This document shows positions 26,911 to 38,071 of a DNA stretch of 64,000 bases, in pieces. This stretch comes from Octopus vulgaris. Taxonomy: Eukaryota. Position 1 is the first letter of the stretch. Every line of letters begins with the position of its first letter. The DNA is taken from positions 31,930,001 through 31,994,000 of the forward strand of contig OX597814.1 of the NCBI GenBank assembly GCA_951406725.2, given 5' to 3'. Position numbers and translations under genes: made by a program. The notes under the pieces are model-generated. The model was not told the DNA's origin and searched no databases. It saw nothing but the letters and a program-made list of their open reading frames with translations.

Positions 26911-27808
26911 TGTATGTATGTATGTATGTATGTATGTATTAGTGTTTGTGTGTATGCATGTACGTATATGCATATACATATATATGTATATGCATTTACA
27001 TATATACGCATACATACATCTCGTATATTACTGGCCGTTAATATTGCATTATGATTGTTACAAGACTAACTAACATATGATTATCTCCTTACAATATACG
27101 ATAGGAGTAACAAAATACCTGGCCGGAATACCCAAAGGCCGTTGAGATAAGACGCGAGAGGAGAAAAAGCATATATAAAACGAATATTTTATTCCTGTAG
27201 AATTAGATAATGATGAATATCAAAACAAAAGGAAACATGAAGCAGCTTATGGAGATGAAATACACTCAATACTTATACTACTTAGTGGCGTTAAGTGGCT
27301 AATAGTGAAAGTGTAAATCTTATTTCCGTTCTAATGATAGCCATTTAAATGGTTGCCATGCCTCTTTCCTGATATAACTGACTCTGTTTCAACATATGAT
27401 CTTAGATCAACTCACTGGACAAGGAAATACAAGAACTACACAAAGATATTTATGAATACATAAAATAGATATATTTCTATATTTCTATATTTCTCGCTCT
27501 CTGTTTCCCTGTCTGTCTCGGTGTATATATGTGCATATATATATATATATATAATATATTAATAAATAAAACATATGCATATATATAAACATATATGTAC
27601 GTACCTACCTCTACATGTACATATACACGCATATATGAGTACAGGATACCAAAAAGACGTCGGACACAATGAGAAACGAAAACATAGACACAAACCCAAG
27701 GAACTGGACATTTTTTTAAACAACAAAAAAATAGAGTACAGGACAATTAACACAAAGAAAAAAACCCTTCTTCCGTCGCTATGGTTTCATCTACTCTACG
27801 TTTCGAAG

Positions 27809-27926
<118 letters not shown>

Positions 27927-28230
27927 ATATATATATACACAATCTCACATACACACACATTTCTACATGCACATACATAAATGCATAAATATACATATGT
28001 ACACATATATATGTTGTACATATATTATTTATATCAATGTTTGATTTTATGTTAACTCATAATAAAAAAGTTGTTTATTTTTCGACCGAAAGATTACTTA
28101 ATGTTTTTGCAGAGTCCGTATTCATCATTCTTTGCAAAGAAGATTACAGACAGTGACTTCGAAGTTTCGGGATTCTAAGCAATCATAGGACTGTGTGTTT
28201 ATATAAATATATACCTACGTATATATAATA

Positions 28231-28528
28231 CAGTTCTATATTTGAAAGATGTGGAATTATTTACATTATTTACAATTGACGGATATTTGTCATCTTCTCG
28301 TTTGTTGTTACCGTTTCGACTGATATACCCCCCAGCCTTCATCAGGTGTCTTGGGGAAATTTCGAACGCGGGTTCTCATTCCTAAAGTATTTTTCAATGT
28401 TGTTCATATTATTATAATTATAATAATAATAATAATAATAATTATTATTATTATTCAGGTCACTTCCTGGAATCGAACTCGGAAACTTGGGGTTAGTAGT
28501 CCGCACTCTTAACCACTACGCCATATGC
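28231..28528 (-). mobile_element. tRNA-headed SINE-like element carrying a hammerhead ribozyme core
   Basis: Minus strand order: A-box TGGCGTAGTGG (28523-28513), B-box GTTCGATTCC (28478-28469), (TAA)n linker, then GACAC CTGATGA A GGCTG-loop-CAGTC GAAAC (28350-28313). A second degenerate head lies at about 55167-55235. Confidence 0.75.
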
Positions 28529-29132
28529 ATGGCTGCAGTCAAATGACTGAAACAAATAAAAGAATAAAAGAATATAATATTTTTCAGTATTATATTCATT
28601 TACATTGTTGATGTTTCGGTTAGCATTAGTGGTTCCTGCGGTGGTTGTGGTAGTATAACTTTTACATATCTTTTAATTTTTGTTGTTGTAGAGGTAGACA
28701 TTCACACACCAAGTAATAATAAGAAATAGATAACTTATTGACACCTGGATCTGTGAAGCCATATTCTTTCTTTCGTCCAAAAGAATATAAACATGTGATT
28801 TCGCAATATAAAATTCTCAAAATCAGACAGAAATAGGCAACATTTCCGCTAACTTCAGATGATTTTGGTTGGCTTAATAAAATTGATGAAAAATGTAATT
28901 TCTTTAAAAGAACAGAATTCTGGAACAATTTACGAGCTCCAAAATAAACTTTTGTCTCTTGCGATATCATAACCATTAGGAATAGAATAATACTGATAAG
29001 CACTCCAACAAGATGCGATCGTAGACATGCTGTTATAACATGCTACATGTCATAAGATTTCCGTCCTTATCCGGGCTTGACCACATTCGATTCCTTCTGG
29101 AAAGACAACAATACTAAATCTCAATGCTAGAT

Positions 29133-29515
29133 GGAAGCACTCCGTCGGTTACGACGATGAGGGTTCCAGTTGATCCGAATCAACGGAACAGCCTGCTCGT
29201 GAAATTAGCGTGTAAGTGGCTGAGCACTCCACAGACATGTGTACCCTTAACGTAGTTCTCGGGGATATTCAGCGTGACACAGAGAGTGACAAGGCCGGCA
29301 CTTTCAAATACAGGTACAACAGAAACAGGAAGTAAGAGGGAGAGAAAGTTGTGGTGAAAGAGTACAGCAGGGATCACCACCATCCCTGCCGGAGCCTCGT
29401 GGAGCATTAGGTGTTTTCGCTCAATAAACACTCACAACGCCCGGTCTGGGAATCGAAACCGCGATCCTATGACCGCGAGTCCGCTGCCCTAACCATTGGG
29501 CCATTGCGCCTCCAC
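29133..29515 (-). mobile_element. SINE family A, full length
   Basis: Reverse complement of the 767 copy. TSD TCAATGCTAGAT at 29121-29132 and 29516-29527. Confidence 0.93.
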
Positions 29516-30884
29516 TCAATGCTAGATAGCTATTTACCGAATGTAAAATGACAAAAATAAACTATGACGACTGCAGAATTCGAAATCAAAATTCTATCAG
29601 AACCAGATAGAATGTTTCAAACAACTCTACCCGATCGCTCTACCAATCAGGTATCTGTCCGTTTCTTCATAATTAAATCTAAAAAAAAAACAACTATAAT
29701 GGCAAAGAGTGTCATTTACAATAGAACTTGATGTTACTTTTAGAAATATAAATCTAAGCATGTTAATGAAACTTGCTTAAATGGACTTCAGAAAAAAAAA
29801 GTCTTGCTTAACAGCAAAAATGATAGAAAGAAATCTTGATTTACATCTATACTGTCATTGTAAAATTAAATTATATTTCTGTACTAAATGATGTTTTTCT
29901 TTCTGAGATGTTTTTTCGTTTCTACCTCCCTCCCCTCCCCACTCTTCCCCCTCTCTCTGTAAGAGAGTTACAGTAAAAGAAATGGGTGCATAAGTACTCA
30001 ATAATTAATCACTTTACAACGTGCAAATATTAGGTAACACTCGTATCACTCATGATGATGATGATGATTACAACCTCGATTTTACCTTACCAATATCTAC
30101 ATACTTAACTATGCTTATACTTATAAATATGTATCTATATTTATATACACTCATAAACGCATAATCATATACATATCTGTATGTAAGAATGTACGTATGT
30201 ATAAATGTATATATGTATGTATGTATCTATGTATAAACACTACGCTAGCAAAAACAACATAAGCAGGCATGTCCAGATTGATAGGAATCTTCGTACATAC
30301 ATTTTTGTGTGTAGTTGCCTAATTATTTTATAAGGCATGGTGAGGACTTCTGAAATCATTTTGTGAATAATATTTATTTTTTTTCGAGAACGGATATAGA
30401 AAACATAAAGCGAATGACAATTGACAACGAATGAGTAATTGGAAACTAGTAATTTAGTGATTGGTCATCTATTAGTGACTTGTTAATGGGCTGACAAAGA
30501 ACTAGTAACATTAGTGACAAACAAAAAAAATGGTATATTATGGAATATTACCGCAGTCTTCAGAAAACCATTCAATATCAGCAAAAAAACAAACAAACAA
30601 GAAAACACCAAGAAAAAAAAAGTTACAATAACATTGAAGTAATAGAGTTATGTCTTTATTTTTTTTCCAATCAATAGAATGTCAATTGTTGTAACATCTG
30701 TGTTTGGAATTTTTTAGTAATATAATGAATATAATGAATTAGGGAATGGTACTTAAAGTTTAGTCAAACACACAGCCATAAATTGTTATTAACAGATACA
30801 CATAAATGTATTAGTGTGTGAGTATTCCTCTCTCTCTTTCTCTGTATATGTTTGTTTGTGCGTGTGTGAGAGAGAGAGAGAGAG

Positions 30885-30925
<41 letters not shown>

Positions 30926-31124
30926 ATGAATGAGGAATGGAAGATGCTATATCGACTTGATTGGTCACTCTTTAAAAATGAGACGAAGTGCAGGAATTGT
31001 CATAGTTATTAAAAGCGATCATAAGAGATTCTATATTAATTTTACAGAATTCTAGAGAGTATTAAATATATTAAATATTAAGCAAAAAGATCAGTTACTG
31101 AGTTGATAGCGACATAGAACATGA

Positions 31125-31397
31125 ATGCATGTGTCCAAGTGATTAGGCCCACGATCTTAAGTTCATGAGTTCAAAACCCGGCTGCGTGTTGTGATCTTGA
31201 GCAAGGCACTTTACTCCATGTTGTTCCAGTCAACTCAGCTGGCAAAAATGAGTTCTACCTATATTTCAAAAGGCCAGTCTTGTTACATATTGTGTTGCAA
31301 GATCTTCCTGAGAACTACGTTAATGCCAATGCGGTCTGTAGAGAGCTCAGCTACTTGCACGTTAATTTCAAAGGCAGGATGTTCCATCGATCGGATC
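31125..31397 (+). mobile_element. Old SINE with a different head/core but the family A type-1 tail
   Basis: GTTCAAAACCC B-box and a TTGAGCAAGGCACTTTACTCC core, followed by ACCTATATTTCAAAAGGCC...GAGAACTACGTTAA...GCTCAGCTACTTGCACGTTAATTTCA, which aligns to the family A tail. Confidence 0.75.
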
Positions 31398-31595
31398 TTC
31401 CAGTGAAAGCGATAAAAATTACATAGACTTAATTTCTTTTTTTAATCCGTCTTATGTTGTGACTTATAGTGTATTAATTAGCTATTCTACCAGCAGTATA
31501 TTGGATAGATACTATCCTTATTTGGTTGCCTTCACAACCTAACCAGTTGCACAGTCAGAGTTTAATGCGACAGTTATGGATTATAACCCGGTATG

Positions 31596-31650
31596 CCACA
31601 CTGACGAGGCTCAGGGGTTAAGTAACTAGAAGCTGAAACCTGGTTTGTGG
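31596..31650 (+). ncRNA. Type-I hammerhead ribozyme, structurally intact
   Basis: CCACA CTGACGA GGCT..GTTA-ag-TAAC..AGCT GAAAC ctg GTT TGTGG. Perfect 5-bp stem I, extended stem II, short stem III, predicted cleavage after U31645. Confidence 0.75.
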
Positions 31651-32034
31651 AAATCCTTAATTGCGTAATATCTTTATTTGCGATGTTAAACGTTTTAATC
31701 CTTTCTGGTTTTTTCGCATTCTGTTTTTCTCTGTTATCTTGGTGCGGTACGGTGAATAAATTTAAGACTTTAGCTCTTATTTCTAGCAGGTGGATGCTTG
31801 TTAAGCATCCTTACGCTTCGTAAAAAATTATAATTCATAGCTATTTAATGCTATTGCGCCTGCGATCCACCTACGTCACTGCTGGTGATATCATCAATTT
31901 TAAAATTTATCCACCGATGATATGAGCAGTAGTGGCATCTGATTTCGAATCTCAGTGTTTGAATGTTTGTTTTGCTTATATATATTTATATATATTTATG
32001 TATAATTTTACCCTCACGGGCTATCCTTTACTAT

Positions 32035-32077
<43 letters not shown>

Positions 32078-32081
<4 letters not shown>

Positions 32082-32464
32082 AGTATATTTGCCACCAGAA
32101 TGTGGCTAGCCAATATCGGACGATGCTACTGTAGTTTATAGCCCCAGGAAGACATCTCCTCCAGCTGGTTAACGACACACTGTCTGTGCCCGATCAGTAT
32201 TTGCGAAGGGAAATCATCGTTCCCATCTCTAAACTGTCGTGATGTCACTGGAAAAAGCATAGGGCATTTTGCGTTCGGAATCACTCCTCATCCCCAGCCG
32301 GTGATTGTCACTCGCTATTGACGTGTTACTACCCTTCGCAAATACTGATCAGGCACAGGCAGTGTGTCGTTAACCAGCTGGAGGAGATGTCTTCCTGGGG
32401 CTATAAACTACAGTAGCATCGTCCCATATGGGTCAGCCACATTTAGATGGCAAATATCCTTCAC
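32078..32464. mobile_element. Foldback/MITE-like element with 133-bp inverted repeats
   Basis: 32078-32210 versus 32332-32464 shows about 10 mismatches by eye, with a 121-bp spacer. The left end abuts a (TA)n tract. Confidence 0.85.
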
Positions 32465-33338
32465 GATGTCGTGTGGCTACTGTTTACATCTCACTCAGAG
32501 ATTTATTATTGCTTATATATATATATATATAAATTGTAACTTTTACAAAAATAACATCCTAGGATTGTATTTTCTGTTGAAATAACTGAAACTGAATTCA
32601 TGTTACTGAAACTGATTTTATATTAATGAATCTCAGTAAAATTCCCCTTGCTGTCTGAATTCAAATACCTTCAAGATCAATTACGCTTTCGATAACATTA
32701 ATAATCTTATAGAACTGAGATAGATTGAAGTGAGTACGCTACGTTCCCGACTCTGTGACCTCGCAAACACTAACAAAAATGATTACTAATAAACTGCGAT
32801 ATAATACGAGCCAAAAATATTAATAGTTATTACAAAATGATGAAGATATGGTTGCACACTCTTGTATTTTTGTACTGAATAATTTACTTCTGAAAACAAA
32901 GCTGGGCTAAATATCAGTTCACTAACATTGATTCAGTGTCAGGAATATTATTTTGCATAAAACAGAAAATATTTTATATCACGTGACATTCACACACTAA
33001 TTATAAATATGTATATCATATAGTTTCTTCAACATTAAACACCGTTTTATCAATCAATAATATATTGAAAACGTTTAATATTTTGTTAATGAAAGGACAG
33101 CAGCTGATTATCATTGAAAGAATTTTCGTGTAAAGGCTGCTACGCAGCGCTTATCAAAACATTGAGCTAACAGCCTCAAGACACCAGACTTAATGAGGAT
33201 TAACTTTGCCACCACTAATATTTGTCAAGTGATAAATGCTTTCCTAATACATACATGCATACATACACACACATACATACACACTCATACATACATACAT
33301 GCATACACAAACACACACACACATATATATATATAGCT

Positions 33339-33503
33339 ATAGGTACAGATGTGGCTGTGTGGTATAAAGCTTGCTTACCAACCATATTGTTCCGAGTTCA
33401 GTCCCACTGCGTGGCACCTTGGGTAAGTGTCGTCTGCTATAGCCTCGGGCGGACTAAAGCCTTGTGAGTGGATTTGGTAGATTGTAATTGGAAGAACCCC
33501 GTC

Positions 33504-33537
<34 letters not shown>

Positions 33538-33774
33538 GTATATGCGTGTGTGTGCGTGTCTCTATATATGTTTGTGTCTCTGTCCCCTACATCACTTGAC
33601 AACCGATGCTGGTGTGTTTACGCCCCCGTAACTTAGCGGTTCGGCAAAAGAGACCGATGGAATAAGTACAAGGCTTACGAAGAATAAGTCCTAGGGTCGA
33701 TTTGCTTGACTAAAGGCGGTGCTCTAGCATGACCACAGCCAAATGACTGAAACAGCTAAAAGAATAAAAGAATA
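33339..33774 (+). mobile_element. SINE family B, full length
   Basis: Head, internal TA/TG tract and tail ...AAATGACTGAAAC..TAAAAGAATAAAAGAAT. Confidence 0.92.
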
Positions 33775-33849
33775 CATCCATATATACATACACATGATAT
33801 GCATGTACGTATAAGTAAAAATGCGTTCTATAATGGGTTTATATATCTA

Positions 33850-33918
<69 letters not shown>

Positions 33919-34299
33919 TTATATATATATCGTTGATATAAGCATGTAAAAATTTCGGGAATTAATTCACTTTATGAACGGTGAGTCTAGATGAATAGTG
34001 GTATTAGCACTAGCGCGTAAATGTCGACTTGTTAAAAACCCTTTGTATACAAGAAAATTTGGGTGTGTAAATAGCAAATGTGCAGCCGATATATACCACA
34101 TCAAGTCCAGCAGTAAATAATAAGACTTGTTACATTGTCGTAAAAAAGCACATTCTGCGGATAAGTAGAAAGAAAGTTTTCTCCAAGAGTTGAACCACCA
34201 ATCTACTATAATCCAAAGTATCAAGATACTATTAGACTAACATCACTCTCATCCATTTGTATCTTGACGTTTTAATCTTATAAACATGAAAAGTAAGTT

Positions 34300-34715
34300 T
34301 ACTCTTTGCTCTTTTACTTGTTTCAGTCATTTGATTGTGGCCATGCTGGAGTACCGCCTTTAGTCGAGCAAATCAACCCCAGGACTTATTCTTTGTAAGC
34401 CTAGTACTTATTCTATCTGTTTCTTTTGCCGAACCGCTGGGTTACGGGGACGTAAACACACCAGCATCGGTTGTAAAGCGATGTTGGGGGACAAACACAA
34501 ACACAAAAACTTATACATAAACACACACATACACACACATATATATATACGACGGGCTTCTTTCAGTTTCCGTCTACCAAATCCACTCACATGGCTTTGA
34601 TCGGCCCAAGGCTATAGTAGAAGACACTTGCCCAAGGTGCTACGCAGTGAGACTGAACCCGGAGCCATGTGGTTCGTAAGCAAGCTACTTACCACACAGC
34701 CACTCCTACGCCTAT
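34300..34715 (-). mobile_element. SINE family B, full length
   Basis: Reverse complement of the family B consensus. Confidence 0.92.
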
Positions 34716-34844
34716 CACATTTAGTAATATATAACACGCCTATAGGATTAAAATGTCTAATTCGAATACTGCCCGACTATGTAGATTATATTAAGGCTCG
34801 TGAGCCCAGTTTGACGCATAGCGTGTTTTCCAATTTATCTATTA

Positions 34845-35235
34845 CTTGCAGTATCGCCCGGCGTTGCCTGGGTTTGTAAGGGAAATAACTATACAGCATT
34901 TTTAAAGAGTTATAGCCAAAAAATAGCAAAAAAATGCATTAAAAATGGAAAAATATGATGGTAAATTTTTTTAAATCGTTGACTCATCGTAGACATTTTT
35001 AGAGAGTTACTTCCCTTTAAAAAAATATGCATGAAAATGGAAAAAAATTATGGTAAATTATTTTTAAAATCGTAGACTCATCGTAGACGCGCGCTAATAC
35101 CCAGAAGGCCTCGATATGAATCACGACTATAAGATACCCGGTTTTGGTTAAACTGCATCGCAAAATGTGGGAGTAGTTAGGAATCTAAATCGAAGGGGAC
35201 AGACACTCACACAACTACAGTTTTATATATAAAGA
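34845..35235 (-). mobile_element. Non-autonomous Helitron
   Basis: Minus strand begins A|TCTTTATATATAAAA and ends with a GC hairpin CCCAGGCAACGCCGGG followed about 12 nt later by CAAG|T (mutated CTAG). AT target, no TSD, internal tandem duplication of about 90-100 bp. Confidence 0.8.
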
Positions 35236-35260
35236 TGTGCTATTATTTAGTTAGATTCAA

Positions 35261-35436
35261 GGCGGCGAGTTGACAGAATCGTTACATTTTAGATATCAAA
35301 TTCCGCCGACGTCCACTTAGCCTTTCACTTATCTTTCCGCGGACGATGAGACATGTACCAGTGGAGAATTGAGGCCAATGTAATTCACAATTAACCTTGC
35401 CCACAAAATTTAAGCCTTTTTCCTATTATAGAATGA
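35261..35436 (+). mobile_element. SINE family C, degenerate with internal deletion
   Basis: GGCGGCGAGTTGACAGAATCGTTA...CAAATTCCGCCGACGTC. Confidence 0.7.
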
Positions 35437-35822
35437 ACCTATAGCTAGATTCGAATTTACGCTCAAAATGTAAACAAATATACACACACGCACACATCCG
35501 CGCGCACACACAAACACACAAACACGCACACACACACACATATACACACACATATACACGGATCGATATATGCACACGCATATACATATATTTTATATTA
35601 ATATTTTACACTTTGTGTCATAGTACGTAACCTCAAGATAAATTTGTATATGTTAGGCTTCCTCTACATTTTTCTAATGATTATTCACTTATTTAACTTT
35701 ACCCAGCAGATACGAAGCCAACTAGTACGTTGATATTTATGAATGATTCACCCGTGACTCATAAGTGTACATACATTTCGACGAAGTTGTTGATGATTTG
35801 ACTAAACATTAATTTAACGTGT

Positions 35823-36191
35823 CGGAGTCGCAATGGTCCAGTGGTTAGGGCAGCGGACTCGCGGTCATAGGATCGCGGTTTCGATTCCCAGGCCGGGCGT
35901 TGTGAATGTTTATTGAGCGAAAACACCTAAAAGTTCCACGAGGCTCCGGCAGGGGATGGTGGTGATCCCTGCTGTACTCTTTCACCACAACTTTCTCTCC
36001 CTCTTACTTCCTGTTTCTGTTGTACCTGTATTTCAAGGGGCCGGCCTTGTCACTCTCTGTGTCACGCTGAATATCCCCGAGAACTACGTTAAGGGTGCAC
36101 GTGTCTGTGGAGTGCTCAGCCACTTGCACGTTAATTTCACGAACAGGCTGTTCCGTTGATTCGGATCAACCGGAACCCTCATCGTCGTAAC
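35823..36191 (+). mobile_element. SINE family A, slightly 3'-truncated
   Basis: Aligns to 767-1133. No TSD visible. Confidence 0.9.
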
Positions 36192-36606
36192 TTCAGACAT
36201 TTAAATGCTGTATATATAATCATCCTATATCTCATCACAAATAGAGTACTCGGTATGAAGTCGCTTGCCAAAATGCGCCAGTACATCTAACCTCATCTAA
36301 CCTGTAGACGTAATGTCTCATCAATCTGTTTTCAACTGTTACTACAACAGCATCTCCTCAACCCGCCACCAGTTGTATGTCGACTCCCACGAGTACTGCT
36401 TCATCCATTCATTCATACCCACAACGTCATTTCTTTGGAGTTCTTTCCTTGCACAAATCTCGTTCCGGTTTTCTTTTCCTGAAGCCACCAACTAGCAAAG
36501 TTCTAAGAGGATCTAATAAGATCATTAACCTCACACATCTCCGAGTACCTTCAAATGCTACGGGCTAATCTTTTTACTAAATAATCCGCCCCTCGCTACA
36601 AATGCA

Positions 36607-37008
36607 TTTTATTCTTTTACTTGTTTCAGTCATTTGACTGCGGCATGGCTGGAGCACCACCTTTTAGTCGAGCGAATCGACCTCAGGATTTATTCTTTGT
36701 AAGTCTAGTACCTATTCTATTGGTCTCTTTTTGCCGAACCGCTAAGTTACAGGGACGGAAACACACTAGCATCGCATTCAAGCGATGTAAGGGCCACAAA
36801 CTCCAGACACACAAACACGCACACATTTATATATACATATATACGACGGGCTTCCTTCAGTTTCCGTCTACTAAATCAACTCTCAAGGCGTTGGTCGGCC
36901 CGAGGCTATAGTAGAAGGCACTTTCTCAAGGTGCCACGCAATGGGACTGAACCCGGGACAATGTGATTGGTAAGCAAAGTACTTACCACACAGCTGCTCC
37001 TGCGCCTA
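36607..37008 (-). mobile_element. SINE family B, full length
   Basis: Reverse complement of family B. The head ends at CTCCTGCGCCTA. Confidence 0.9.
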
Positions 37009-37029
37009 AAAAAAAGGCAGCGTTAACGT

Positions 37030-37101
37030 CTCCCCGGTGGGGAATCGAACTCCGGTCTCCTGCGTGACAGGCGGGCATACTTAACACTATACTACCGAGA
37101 A
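37030..37101 (-). tRNA. tRNA-Asp(GTC), probably a pseudogene
   Basis: TTCTCGG TA GTAT AGTGTTAA GTAT G CCCGC CTGTCAC GCAGG AGAC CGGAG TTCGATT CCCCA CCGGGGA G. D-loop GG is changed to GT, with one anticodon-stem and two T-stem mismatches. A T8 terminator lies at 37015-37008. Confidence 0.85.
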
Positions 37102-37926
37102 CAGACATTGATAATAATTTTTTCTTTGTCACAAACATTATTATAGACACTCAAAGTACTTTATAAATTCAAAACATGGAAATCTGCGCAACATTTTCCC
37201 CCTAATGATGTACGTTTTTTATATATAACATGGTCCACGTATTGGTGTTATAGTTGCATACGTTATTTCAACATATCGATTTAAGTTCAGAAAAAGAAAA
37301 AATAACTGAAATAGCATTTTTCTTCCAAATAACACATATTTAAAATAATTATACCAATGCAATTTGAAACTTTAAAATGTTACAAAATTACTTTTTATCC
37401 TACAATAAACTAATATAGTCGAACATGGAATAACCGAAAACCAGTCATATCAAGTTGATTTCAAAAAGGCTAAAGAAGGCGTACGAACAGATTTTTTCCA
37501 AATCAATGTTCACTTATTTGAACTCATCGATATTATACGATTCTTCATTCTATCTACTCTCAGATGAAAAAATGGCAGCAGCTTAAATTTCATATAACTC
37601 ACACAAACACGCGCGCGCACACACACAAAAAAGAGAATAAAATATTTATCAAATAATGTGTCTTGGTATTTCTTTTTGTGACATTCCTTGTCATAGTCTT
37701 AGTCGATTTCTATGCCCTTAGGTTTAAATATTCTTTATATAAGGAAGGAAAGAATTCATTACACCAGATTGCAGTCAATCAACTTGAGTTCCCAAAATAC
37801 AGAACAGGATTGTTCTTATACATTTATAGAACTAGATTCTGCGGACATTTCAAAGATACACAAGTATTACTAAACAAATACATTATACATACATAGAAAC
37901 ATAGATACATAGATGCATAGATACAT

Positions 37927-38071
<145 letters not shown>

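Noticed and set aside
28662-29003. 113-aa minus-strand ORF with a signal-peptide-like start
   Set aside because: It starts at GTG. The opposite strand shows YKIL...FF.R...WNNL, resembling a decayed LINE C-terminus.
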